Source: Octopus sinensis (Eukaryota). Taken from it: a DNA stretch of 64,000 nucleotides. Each line of letters begins with the position of its first letter. The stretch's first letter is position 1. The translations under genes were made by a program, and so were the position numbers. The DNA is taken from NCBI RefSeq assembly GCF_006345805.1, contig NW_021833028.1, forward strand, positions 143,463 to 207,462. The letters are read 5' to 3'. The notes below the pieces were generated by a model. That model was not told where the DNA came from. It was given only the letters and a program-made list of their open reading frames with translations, and did no database searches. Below are positions 10,457 to 22,570 of the stretch, one piece after another.

Positions 10457-11469
10457 TAGTATCAAATGATAATGGTTAACTATTGTAATGTACTAATTAC
10501 TGATAATAAAAAAATATTAAAAAAATAATACCATGTACCAATTTTTTTTCCATGCACCGTTCGAGTATTTTCCATGTACCAAAAATGGTGTACATGCACC
10601 ACGGTTAAAAATCACTGGTCTAAACCATTAATAAAACAGACTTGACTTTAAGTTGAAGAGAAAACTTACATCATACTCTGAAATTACTTTTTTTATTATG
10701 ACCACTTTTCATGATAAAATAATGCCGGCGACAGAGAAGTTCAATTTTATCGGCGCCGAACGAATTACTAGTTTTTTTTCAATTTTCCGCTTCAAATGAA
10801 GTCTTTAGATTAAAAAGATTAATACTTATCATTTTTAAACAAAAATGATAATCTTTTTCACCCAACCGGCGTCGACCCGGATATTCATATTCTCCGGGAA
10901 TATCCCAATTAACACTTTCTTAATTTGATTGTATTCGGAAATATTTCTAACGTAAAATTAATTTACTTAATTTACTTTTGAGTAGGCCATTTTTAAAGAT
11001 AATTCAATTGAATTTTTAATCAGAATTTTGATTTATCTATACTCTCCCATATATAAATGCTATATTCACTATTTAATACTTGTCCCGCGGTTGTCGTGGA
11101 TAAACGTAAATGGACAAACTTAAAAGTTCTTTTTTGAAAAATATGGCGAGCAAAAAGTGGGGACTGTATTTAGTGGCTGTGCCTTCATACATTTATACAC
11201 CACCGAGTGATTTAGGATGGTTCTGTTAAGCAAAAGTTTTCTTGGAGTGAATCAATGTTCAGATTTTCGAGGGCAAGAAATTCTGCGATTGTGGATAAGT
11301 GTCATTCTCTTGTTTTAATTACTCGCAGAATACCCGACCTCCTCAGAAAGATAGTCGGCTTTTTTAACTTTTGAGAAACTGGAAAAGCATTAATTCGTTT
11401 TTGCAAGATCTTGATAAAATATAATGGACGATGGGAATTAAAAAAGATAGTTTTAAAAATAGTGCTTCA

Positions 11470-11610
11470 TAAAATACCTCGGAATCTTCATTGCTCGGAA
11501 GAAAATGGATGCTCGCGAGTCCTCTTGGTTGGGGAAGAGGATCTCGCTTACAAACGTGCGCGGGAACGCAAGCAAATCCGTTCGGCTGGGCTATAACCCC
11601 TGAATAAATC
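11470..11610 (+). mobile_element. 3'-terminal CRE-like fragment
   Basis: Translates ARKKMDARESSWLGKRISLTNVRGNASKSVRLG. Confidence 0.75.
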
Positions 11611-11785
11611 TTTAATTTTAGTTTAATTTGACGGCTATATATAAACAAAAATAGTAATTAAAAAAAACTTTTATTAATCAAATTTATTTTAATACAGTAT
11701 ATTTAATCTAAAGAATTTAATGATACATTTAATATATTATAAAATATTTTAAATTTAAATAAATTAATTTGACATTCTGACCATA

Positions 11786-13417
11786 ATGGCCCACACAATT
11801 CCAAAACAATCATATCAAGACACACCAAGGCATTAAAAAATAAATAAATAATAGAATGAACAAGCTGTCACAATCATTCTATACTCGCTACCAACATCCC
11901 ACTCAATTCTTCGTGAGAGCCCCAGGGCGAGTCAACCTCATCGGTACAAACCTCTGCCAAATTTACAGGCGAGCACATTGACTACTGTGGGTACGGGGTG
12001 TGTCCCATGGCCATTGAACAGTGTGCCATCGTGGCTGTCGCAACCAACCAAATGTCTCAAATAAACATTTCGAACACTAAAACAGATTTATATCCGTTTT
12101 TTGTTTATTGAATAATTCAGAGATCATTACACCACTACCGACCAACTTGTCTTGGCAAATCAAGGCTGGGCTGATTACGTGTTGTGTGGGCTCATTGGCA
12201 TGTCTCGGTACCTTGAACTAGAAGTACTACCATATGGACTTGATGTAGTTTTTTTTTGATTTTAAAAATTCAGATTTTGGTGGATGGAGATATTCCCCCA
12301 TCAGCTGGCCTTTCGAGTTCGAGTGCCCTAGTGTGTGCTTCGGCAGTAGTAATCTATCACATGTTTTCCCCACAGGAATTTCTGCTGTATTTATTTATTG
12401 TTAATTACTATTATTAATTAATTAGTTTGAATTAATTATTATTTATTAATAGAATAATTTAGCTGATTTATGCGCTCAGTTTGAGAGGTTGATTGGAACC
12501 CAAGGAGGGGGAATGGATCAGGCGGCGTCATTCCTATCAACTTCAGGCTCTGTAAAAAATTTTTGTCATTTTTGGCATGTTCGATTGAATTTGACCCTTT
12601 GAGGACATCATTAGTGACCCTTCCTAAAGGAATGTCTTTTGTGGTGGCCAATTCTGGTGTTAAAATGAATAAAGCTGCCACTTTTCAATTCAACACTCGA
12701 GTCGCTGAGTGCCGTTTAGCAGCAATGGTCTGTTTTTACGTCAAAATTTATTTTTAGCTTATTTCTAAACGAAAGTCGATTGCAAAGTCACCAATTACGA
12801 AATTGGCCAGTCTTCAACTTCTGTTAGGTTCAACTTTAGAAGAAATGATTGATATCGTTAAAAGTGAGTTCCACACGTATTGCTACACACGTGCCGAAAT
12901 TGCTTCTGAGCTTGAAATGGAGGAAGGCGAGCTCATCGAGCGGGTTTTGCCCTCAAATCTGGGACATGGTTTTTGTGTCGTTTCAAATACAAGTCGTGGA
13001 GTTTGATCTTTTTTTTCGGTCGATGCATGTTTTTGGGGAGGCTTTGAGAGTTAAAGAGTTTTTGAAAGCAACTGAAGATGTTTGTTCGAGTGAGAAAGTG
13101 GCTCAGAGACTGGGGTTGTTAATGGATGAGAGTCACCACAGCTGTTCAGTGCTTTATGACTGTAGTTGTCCTCTTTTAGATGAATTAGTCGCTTCTTGTC
13201 GGTTTGAGTGGTTGAGAGGTATTTTAGTGCTTCGGGTGCTCTGGGGAGTCGTTTGACAGGAGCTGGATGGGGTGGGTGTTGTGTGTCACTTGTGCCCAGT
13301 CATCTTGCTGACTCGTTTGTGGAAAGTGTGATGGATTCTTATTACAGGCCAAATAATATTTCTTCAGATATTTTTGTCACACTCCCGTCTACGGGTCTCT
13401 ACATCATAATAAATTAA
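11786..13417 (+). CDS. GALK2: N-acetylgalactosamine kinase / galactokinase 2 (GHMP kinase), about 9 exons
   Basis: [10 protein letters not shown]|[44 protein letters not shown] and [12 protein letters not shown] motifs; introns mostly 23-30 nt, plus one ~66 nt intron whose phase does not reconcile (likely indel). Confidence 0.93.
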
Positions 13418-13975
13418 CATTTTTATTGATGATACTAATAAACTTAATTTTGAATGAAATATGTCTAGGTCCAGAGGTGTTCTGCAATTAAACATTTGCT
13501 TGTTGCGCCAAACCACACTTAAATCTTTTAAAAAATAGAATTTACGCAAAAAAGATTTTGGAAGAGGTTTGACTTACCTGTTTTTCAAAAATAAACTAAT
13601 GATGTTCCATTTTTTGGGGAATCTAAAAAATTCTTCAATACACCTGAGCAAGTCACATTCTGTGGATAATTAAAACTAAAAGATAGCATACATCCGCGAT
13701 TTCTGAATTTTTAATTCTTAAATACGTATTCAAAAATAAAGAAAGTCTAAATGTTTACTTATTTAAGAAGACATTTACAAAGCTATTAATGAAAAAGTTG
13801 AATACACGCCACATTCATTTTTGTGAGTATATTCTTTTTCGAAAGAAAAAAATCAAAAAAACAAGCTCGATCTGCGAGCATGCAAGAGAACAGTTAGATT
13901 CCGGCCAAGCAAATAGGTGGCGAGTAAGTGTGGTGGAGACTTACTGGGGTTTGACTGTACTTGGTTATTAATAAT

Positions 13976-15750
13976 TAGGGCAATTTAAGTTAAAAAAGTT
14001 AAAATATATGAAAATGTGTATTTTGGCTTAAAAGTAAAAATAAAGTATTTTTTAAATGAAATAGTTACTTATTAAAGAAAAAAATAAGGTTAAAAAGTTA
14101 AAAAAAATTTTTTTATAAAGTTAAAAATTTTAACTTTATTTAAAATAGCGCGTGGGTGTTTAGTATGCCAAGAACTGCAAAAATAATGTATTTTAAGGCA
14201 AAAAAATTGTTATTGAATATCCGCTGGAGTTTTTATTACGAGAGAATGGCGAGTTGCAATGTCAACTTTGCTTATGCACAGTCAGGTGTGAGAAAAAGCA
14301 TTTTGTGAATTCTCACCGAGAATCGAAGAAGCACTCAAATTTATTAAGTTTTTACAAATTAATATAATTTTTAGAGAGATAATTTCTATCAGCCTTGTTT
14401 GGACGAGTTACCCAATGATGACTGGTCAATGCAAGTCACTAAAGCATTTATTCAATGCGATATACCCTTGCATAAATTGACTATGCCTCCTCTAAAGAAT
14501 TTATTCAAGAATACTTCTTTGCCTCTTCCTTCCAATACAAAGCAAGAATGTGCGTTAAACAATTGAAAACTGAATATATTGTATTATTTCAAGAAAAGTT
14601 TAGGTTTATGAATATATAATTTTTTAGAAATCAACTTGTATTCGCCATAAGTGACGAGGTCACTATTCGTAGTCAAAAATTTGTTGCAGTTTTAATGGGG
14701 ATACTTAAAAATCCCGATAAAACTTATTTGATTTCTTTCGTAAAAATTGATAAAACTTCTACCAAAGAAACAATTATTCAAATTGTTGACGATACGATTA
14801 AATGCGTTTTAATTGAAAGACAAAATTTCCTTCTCCTAATAACAGATTCCGCTAATATATGCTAGCAGGTTTTAATTTAACATATAATTATAGCTGGAAA
14901 AGTTCTTAAGCTTTATATCCAAGGTTATTTCACGTAACTTGTGTTGCTCATCTGATGCATAATTGTTCAATGAAAATCAGGACTATTTATCCTGAAATTG
15001 ATTCTCTTATTGCATCAATTCAAGCGGCAATAACAAAAAATAACAAGAGAAAACGACTATTTAATGAAATTGGAATTCCACCTCATGTAGTTTTAACTAG
15101 ATGGGGTACCTGGCTAACTGCTGCATTTTATTATGCAAAAAATTTAATACATGTGATAAACATTTTCAAAACAATTCCTGATGATGGAATCATTGTTCAG
15201 GCTGCAAAAAATAGCCTAAGAGATGAATCTCTAGTAAAAAGCTTAAGTTCTATTGTTAGAAATTATTCGACAATTCCAGGTAAAACTAGTTTAATAATAG
15301 CAGAATTATTGTGCAAATTTGAAAGTTCTCACTCCTCAATAGAGTTAGCTTACAATGAGCTAAAGATTTAAAATTTGACGACGAATCAGATATAATTGAA
15401 AAATATTTGAATGAACGATTACAAAAAAATGATTTATGTCAAATTATAAGAATGACAAATTCATCAATTTCTCCTGAAGAATATTGTATGCTTTTAAAGT
15501 GTCAGCCTTCATCCTCTTCCATAGAACGATGCTTCTCTCAAATTAAAAACTTTATGAGGGATAACAGAAATTTTAATATTGAAAATATAGAGAATTATGT
15601 TATATGTTTGTATAATAAATGATTCTTAAGTTAAAATTTGTTAAGTTAAAATTTTTGTTTTATAGGTTAAAATTTGGTTATTTGTAGGTTAAAAAGTTAA
15701 AATTTTTAGGTTAAAAAATCGAAGTTTTTAGGTTAAAAAAAATTGCCCTA
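13976..15750 (+). mobile_element. hAT-related (CGGBP1/DUF659-like) transposon, intron-containing transposase with frameshifts
   Basis: TIRs TAGGGCAATTT / AAATTGCCCTA; C2H2-like finger, CDIPLHKL, LLITDSA, HVTCVAHLMHNC, TRWGTW and CQPSSSSIERCFS motifs; introns at 14348-14374, 14604-14627, 14869-14893 and 15280-15300. Confidence 0.88.
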
Positions 15751-15752
15751 TT

Positions 15753-17150
15753 TAGGGCGAACTAAGTTAAAAAAGTTAAAATTTAATAATAGTAAATAAA
15801 TAATAATTTAAATGATTTTTTAACTATATTTTATTATAAATAAATGCATATTAAACAATATTATTAGGTTAAAAAGTTAAAATTTAAAATTATAAGGTTA
15901 AAATTATTTTAACCGTATTAATTTTTTTTTTTTTTTTTTAAATAAATAAGATTTAATTAACAAAATTGGAATTCCACCTCAATGAAATTCCACCTCAATT
16001 GGAATTCCACCTCATTCCACCTGTTCATCAAAAAAAAAAAATTCTAAGAGAAAAAAAAAAAAAAAAAAAAAAATTAACAAAACAATTGTCAGTTAACTAA
16101 ATTAACCCAGCCGAACGGATTGCTTGCGCGTTCCCGCGCACGATTGCGAGTGAGATCCTCTGCCTCAACCAAGAGGAAGCCTCAACTTCTGCCTCAACTT
16201 ATTAATTTATTAAATTAACAATTAATAATACATTTTGTGACAAAAATTTTTGGTTGACATGCCTAAGATAGCAAAATCGTATCAAATCAAAGCTAAAGCC
16301 ATTGTTAAGGATTATCCGCAAGAATTTATGATTCTTGAGGATTGTGTATTATATTTGGTTCAAAGGGAAAATTTCCTTTTGTTAATTTCGGATGCCGCAA
16401 ATTATATGAAATCAGGTAAAATTTCATGTTTAAGTTTTAGCTGGCAAAATACTTAAAAATCTGTACCCCAAGTTATTCCATGTCACATGTACTGTTCATC
16501 TATTACACAATTGTTGTGAGAAAATAAAAGCCTCCTATCCGGAAATTGATTTGATGATTGCTACTGTACAAGCAGCAATTAACAAGAACAATACAAGAAA
16601 ACGAATATTTAAAGACAGAAACATCGCCATTCCACCTCGTGTGCATTTGACAAGATGGGGGAGTTGGCTTAAGTTCGAACAGCTAAAGAAAGTCTTCGAA
16701 ACCATGTATTAGTGAGCAGTCTATGTGACCTTATCCGAAGCTATTCAAACATTCCAGGTTTTCGAGTAAATGTCGCTATTGCAGATATTATTACGAAATT
16801 TGAAAGTACGCGCTTCACAATTGAACAGGCATATTATTGTTTAGAATCGTTGGAATTTGGAATGACAACAAATTTATCAAAGAATACATAATTAAAAGGC
16901 TTAAAACAAACGATATTTCGAACATAATTAGAATGACTAATTCACAAATATCTCCTGCCGAGTATGCATTACTTCTGAATTGTCAGCCGACCTCGTGCTC
17001 GGTTGAAAGAACTTTCTCTCTAATAAAGAGTTTTCTAAGATCCAACCGAAATTTTCTACAAGAAAATTTAGAAAATTATGTAATTTGTATGTGCAACAAA
17101 CACTTTTAGTGTTTTTATTGTTTATTTATAAAGTTAAATTTTTGGGTTAA
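15753..17150 (+). mobile_element. Second, divergent and internally deleted copy of the same hAT-related family
   Basis: Starts TAGGGCGAAC two nt after the first element; LLISDAANYMK, HVTCTVHLLHNC, TRWGSW and CQPTSCSVERTFS motifs; introns at 16416-16440 and 16758-16784. Confidence 0.85.
16085..16195 (-). mobile_element. 3'-terminal CRE-like fragment inside the second hAT-related element
   Basis: Translates EASSWLRQRISLAIVRGNAQAIRSAGLI*. Confidence 0.75.
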
Positions 17151-17199
17151 CAAAACATTTATTTATTCTCATGTATTTTTTCCAACTTGGGCTAATAAT

Positions 17200-18460
17200 C
17201 ACCCTCTGGTCGTTTCTTATTAAACTATCAGATTTCCGAGGTTCTTTGAAAATTCCCATATGGATCCCCAATTCCGTCAGGATACAGGTGTCCACATGCC
17301 TCTCTCTCTTCATTAGCTATGCGCTTACGTCAGACTACTGCGAAGCATGGTCTCGTCTAATCAGCTTTGCTCCACTTGAGCTTTGGAACCTCAATCCGCA
17401 CTGGGAGGAACCCACTTTTTCTCTCGACATTGATCAAAAAACATCAACTAAATCTCTTTGCACCAAATAACAACCTTCCCAGATGCTAATTACAAACGTC
17501 TTCAAAATAATAAAAAGAACATCTCATACTGTCCGAAAATGTGCCAATATCAAACGAGCCAAAGGTGACGTCCGAGCTGCGATTCCCACGACACAGTGCT
17601 AAAACCGACTCTGATGTCCTTACCTATCTGAGATCAATTAGCATCTGGGAAAGTTCAGCTCTCTGGATAAGGCCATCAGCTACTTCACGAAGATAATTAT
17701 GGAAACAAGAGCAATGGCCATATGTAAACTTGAACCTCATTCTGCTAGTGGTTGAAGGAGGTCTGCCTTTGCCAAGTAAAGAAATCGCCTCAAGAAATTT
17801 TACCAAATGAATTCGGATATAATCATCAGTATCAGAACATTGAATAGCGAATTAAAGGCGAGAAAAAATCGATATAAGTGTTTAAAATGGAATCGGGTTC
17901 TTAGAGCCGTGAACCGAAATTGATCGAAGATGTGTGGAAAGCCATTTTGCACTGGCGACGTAATCACATTTACAGGGGAATATGTTCAAAGGAGGTGAAT
18001 AACCTAACCAAGTTTTTATGCAAAAATAGCACACAAGAAGCACAGGAAATCAGACACACTACTCTCAAACAAAAGATTTAAAAAACAGTCGGCACCTCTT
18101 CTTTTCTCGGTAAAAGAGATGTTGGATATTTGCATACAGGCACTAATAAGGCTGATACTAAAACCTGGTAGACCAAGAGACGACCCTTCGGTTTTTACTG
18201 CGGTCTTTTGTTTAAATAATATAAAAAGTAAAAATTTGGTTTTGGAAATATGTTTACCACCGGTGGAACATTTTACAAAAAACAAAAATCACCAAAGGAA
18301 GCCAGGATTTGCAGGAAACCTCACCTCCACTTTCATTCAGACATCGACAAAAAGTAGATTCGCAGAAGAGCGGGTTAAGTATCCGTAAAACTTCCTGGAA
18401 GACGATTCGTTACTGCCTTTATGGGGTTAAACGTATAAAACGTAATTTTGGTCTAGAAAT
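17200..18460 (+). mobile_element. Decayed APE-RT LINE of the same Vingi/Ingi-like family
   Basis: QALIRLILKPGRPRDDPS...EHF...QRKPGF is homologous to 53387 onward; upstream remnants are homologous to 36700-37060. Confidence 0.7.
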
Positions 18461-18559
18461 GCACTTTTTGCCACAAATTATAAATTTTAATATTCTTGAG
18501 TTAGCTTGAGTTTGATTTTTTCGGTCTGACGTGTACACAGTCAGTAAATAAGTTGTGGA

Positions 18560-19345
18560 CAATTACCATAAATCTGAAATCATAAACAGCAGGTAAGACA
18601 ATTACATTGAATTGCCCTTGGACTCTGAGTTCTCTTCGGCTGTAGGATGCTGATCCCCAAATGGCCTTGAATAAACCTGATTATTTGACCAGATAGCGGG
18701 GATGGGACGCAATTTATTCCGATTACAAGTTTTTGCTTTTCAAGTGTAAACTTGATCAACACCGCCTGACCTGTCTGTTTGCAAGGTCCCAAAAGTATTC
18801 AGGAGCCTGGCTGGCTATGGCGTCAGTCGGGACATTACTGGATAATGAATGCCTCTGCATCGCAGTTTTCCTGCGCTTGGGATTAAACATTTGCCATAAG
18901 CATCAATGCGGCTGCAGTTAGACAAACACCTTAGGACTACACCCGCTATCTTGCCGTCGTAGCGCTGGCCGCTTCCCTCTCCACTCTGGGTTTAATGATG
19001 TGGTGAGCCGCGTCCTGGCATCTGCGGGATTCCCTAATGTGCTGAATTCGGTCGTGTTGGATCGCGAAGATGGAAAACGCTCAGATGGCATGATAACATT
19101 TCTTTTTGATCACGAAAAATTCCTCATATGGGACGCGACATGCTCCGACAGATTTTCAGCACATAATCTAATTTCGGCAGTTGCTGAGCCTGATTCGGCA
19201 GCAAAACACGCGGAGCTCGCCAAAAAAGAAATCCTTGTCCCTGGCCAGAAACCATATATTTGCACCTATAGACGTTGAGATATTCGGGGTCATCATCAGG
19301 AATCGCTTTTTTTTCTTCGTCGGCTGAGGACGAAGATTAATTTTC
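18560..19345 (+). mobile_element. CRE-like retrotransposon fragment (zinc knuckle and RLE endonuclease)
   Basis: SGAWL...LDNE..IAVFLRLG, HQCGC, HPLSCRRSAGRF...NDVV, DGKRSDG and WDATC motifs. Confidence 0.85.
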
Positions 19346-20700
19346 TTCTTAATTTTTTTTTTATTAAATATAATATTTTCTTCTTTTAGAGAAAGAAGTA
19401 ACCAACACTACTTCTTTATCCTCTGTCATTAAATCAGTTACGATCAATGTAGATGTCTATCAAAAATACTCTCAACCAACAATGGGAAAACTGCGAATAA
19501 ACTAATCCATGACCACATCTCCACTCGTGCTATCAGGATGCTCAAAAACAACAAACTTCTCAACTCTCCCCCCCCGCCGGTCCACTCCTCAGAGCAATCA
19601 CTCGGCAGATATCTCCGTGTCCAGCTTGCTCAGATTCGCTCAGGTCATCATCCACTGATTTTCGAAACATACCGTTCCTTCACCCCCGAAGACCTCTTCC
19701 CCTGTCCTGGACCGCCTCACTTGTCTCCGCCTATTGGGATTCGGGATCTCTGGGAGCGCCCGATCTTCGCGTCTCGCTACCTGATTGCAGCCGGCTTCCT
19801 ACGTGTTAGTGAAGCCGGGATAACATAACTAACTAACTAAATCAGTTACAGCTTCTTTTTCCCCACTTTCTATATCTTCTTCATACAAACGACTTGCTTC
19901 AATTATGAGGCTACTGGCTTAATTTATTCCGTGTCTGTGTTCAACCACCACACTGTCCAGTGTTTTCTCTAACACAACTGACTGTATGTAAGTCCGAGTT
20001 CCGTCTTCGATAGCCAACTTTTTAATGTATTTCTTGAAAAACTTGGAAACGACACCGTCCCAGGTCAGAACCAGTGAAAGTATTTTTACTTTAGGGTATA
20101 GGCTGGACAACTCCCCGGACAATAATTTATGGCATTTCTCAACTTCGCCTTGCTTCAGGCGGTCCTGGGAAGTGATTCCCACTTTGATGAGAGTAATTTC
20201 GTTTTTCATTTTGTCGTGGACGAATATATGTGAATTTTCGTGTCTGTAATTATTGAAGAATCGGCGCGTATTGCAACATTTTTTGTCTCCTGACATAATC
20301 ACTGTTGAGCATTTTTCCACACTGAGTTTCCAAATGACTAACGGTTTTTTTGTCTCTTACGAAATAGTTGCACAATGCTCGCTTGGTTGAAAAAAACAGG
20401 TTTCTATTCTGTAGTAGGCAATAAAATGCTTCACTTCTGGGAGCTACCCGCTTGAGGTTTCTACATAAACATTCTAATCATTCAGGCATTTGAATAATAT
20501 AGAATGCAAAAATTTTCATTCAGTCTTCTTCATTAACCAATTCATCTGAGCGATTTTTATAGACTCATCACAGATGTTTTCTCCGCTTTCAGTACCATAT
20601 TTTGAGGCAAGAAATCCCGCGATCGTTAGTAAATGCAATTTATTTGTTTTAATTGATTGCAGGATCCCCGCCCTCTTCAGGAAAAATGCAAGTAGTTTTA
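19335..20700 (-). mobile_element. R2/R4-like RLE non-LTR retrotransposon, 3' part
   Basis: HIFVHDKMKNEITLIKVGITSQDRL...LTWDGVVSKF...YIQSVVLEKTLDS in ORF 19919..20320. Confidence 0.85.
19442..19837 (+). mobile_element. 5'-truncated Vingi-like LINE 3' end inserted in the R2-like element
   Basis: RVQLAQIRSGH...LWERP...EAGIT* followed by a (TAAC)n tail; 12-bp TSD TAAATCAGTTAC (19430-19441, 19838-19849). Confidence 0.88.
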
Positions 20701-22080
20701 AGATCGTTGACAAAGAACAAATGGTTCGTCGAGTAAGTCTTCATATTAGGGCTACTCATATAAAAAACTTGACTTCTTCTATGACCGCAGAAGCTGAGCG
20801 GAAACTATTACGCTCAATTACCAATCTCTGCAACCGTTTTATCTCCGGTTCGCTTCCTGACTTTGCTCGCGGTATCTTCTTTTCTGCAAACCTTACTGCC
20901 CTCGGGAAGAAGGACAACGGCGTAAGACCCATCGCTGTGGGAAATGTTTCCCGGAGGCTCTCCGCTAAGCTTCTCTGTCATGCCATTGTTCCCTGTTTGT
21001 CTCCAAACTTTCTGCCCGCTCAACTTGGTGTCGGCGTTTCCAATGGTTGCACTTGGTCCTGTGCTTTTCGCACTAGGCGTTAATGGCATCCCCCATTCTG
21101 TCCGATCCCCGGTAAACATTTGGTATTTGGACGACGCAACTATTTATGGTCCTCCCGAAGTAGTTTTTGATGATTTCCGGACTATCCTTCCATCCCTTTC
21201 GGCAATTGGCCTATCCATTAATGCAAATAAATTCGAAATAATGAATATCCACCTCCATCAAAGTTTATTTTTTGCTGCCTCTTCCATTTGCCACAATATT
21301 TTTCCAGACGTTCGTATTACCGAAAAGTCTAATCTATCCATCCTTGGGGTACCCATGGGTCTTTCCGCTCTAGAAGGTTTATTTTCGGAAAAAAATATTG
21401 AATCTCTCTAAAATGATCGAGAGGCTTAAAAACATCGAGCCTCATGTAGCATTTTTCCTCTTGCGAAATCACTTTTCCGTCCCTAAAGCCCTTTGTACTA
21501 CGCTAAGATGTGCACCCTGTTTCTACAGAAGTGACTTCCTATCTGATTTCGATTACATCCTTAAGCTCGGTATGAGTTCCCTATGCAATCTCCATTGGGA
21601 ACCTCTTGGACTCGGAGTGCCTAGGAATCGAGATCTCCTTACGTGTCGGGCTTAAAATCTGTCAGGCTCATAAATGTCGCTGTGGTGGAACTGTGGACGA
21701 GTTCGGAATACATCCCCTCTCCTGCCTCTATCTGATTTCTATTTGGACAGAGTTGACGGCAAACGCCTTGACGGCTTAACTACATTCCCCTTCGAGCAGG
21801 GGAAATCCCTTATATGGGATTCTACCTGCTGTGACACATTCTCCAACGGGAACCTAGCCATATCGCCCGTCGACCCAGGCTTTGCTTCCAATTGCGCTGA
21901 AGATCTCAAAATCCTGAAAAACGGTTACTTCTCCAGCTTCGTTTTCCAAGGGTAATAAGATTTACGCGAAACGAATAAAAATTGTGCTTCTCTTATATTT
22001 GAATGTTCTTTTATCGGGAAAAGATTGGTTTCGCAGTACAGGTGATCGTTAGGTGTGTATTTCAGACACCCGGATATAAT
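20690..22080 (+). mobile_element. Decayed CRE-like retrotransposon (RT and RLE)
   Basis: FFSANLTALGKKDNGVRPIAVGNVSRRLSAK, NIWYLDDATIYG, DGKRLDGLT and WDSTCCDT motifs; frameshifts and deletions. Confidence 0.88.
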
Positions 22081-22107
22081 CGTATAGCCTTGTTTAGAAC
22101 TGATTGT

Positions 22108-22570
22108 ATTTTTTTTTTTTTTTAAAGACCAAACACGGGCAAAGCCAGTTAATTATAGTTATTCCCGTGATCGCCGATCCAAACGAGGGAGATCCTTCTG
22201 AAAGGTTCGATCCTGCCCGCATGATCGGCCTGAGACGACGATGTCCCAGGGTCTGAGAGCTAAAGGTCCTTTTTCGGTAGGCATTAAGTGCCTCCTGAGC
22301 GTTGCCATATCCGATTGAAATTCTCCAACTGACATGGTGGACCCCATAACGCCACGCTAAGCCCGAAAGGTAAGAGATCCCCATTTCCAACTGTGTCGTG
22401 CCAGAAGTACTCGTTGCCTCACGGGCAGGGGAACGATAACGAGAATTAGCCCCAGGATGAAAACTGTCCTCCTTCGGAATCGAACTCACGACTGTCCAAA
22501 TCCATTATCCATAGCTTAGTCTTCAGCCAACGGGGCCATTCTCCCAATTCTCCCAATTCTCCCAATAAAG
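22108..22570 (-). mobile_element. Candidate tRNA-derived SINE
   Basis: Minus strand reads (GGGAGAATT)3, then GGCCCCGTTGGCTGAAG (A-box-like) and GAGTTCGATTC (B-box-like), a ~350-nt GC-rich non-coding body and an A16 tail. No TSD identified. Confidence 0.55.

Larger units (their letters stand above)
6480..10617 (-). mobile_element. Decayed hAT Buster/Charlie (ZBED5-like) element, split by nested insertions; transposase remnant at ~6540-7075
   Basis: YRKEYLKYGFI...CIIC...TKHP and LPLSNDTIRRRIDEMAESVED; terminus CAGTGATTTTTAACC at 10617 flanked by GTCTAAAC. Left boundary uncertain. Confidence 0.75.

Noticed and set aside
11510-11595. GC-rich ~75-nt structured motif shared with 16103-16180, first suspected to be a ribozyme or novel ncRNA
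   Set aside because: Both copies translate as CRE C-termini (SSWL..RIS...RGNA). The structure is reported instead as the coding-embedded CRE hairpin.
13860-13971. GC-rich island with a 7-bp hairpin just upstream of the hAT TIR
   Set aside because: Single copy in the window with no recognisable motif; probably a small TE remnant.
22225-22470. ATGTCCCAGGGTCTGAGAG resembles RNase P CR-I on the plus strand
   Set aside because: It lacks the GGAAG of CR-I and any convincing CR-V; the poly-A and Pol III boxes point to a minus-strand SINE.
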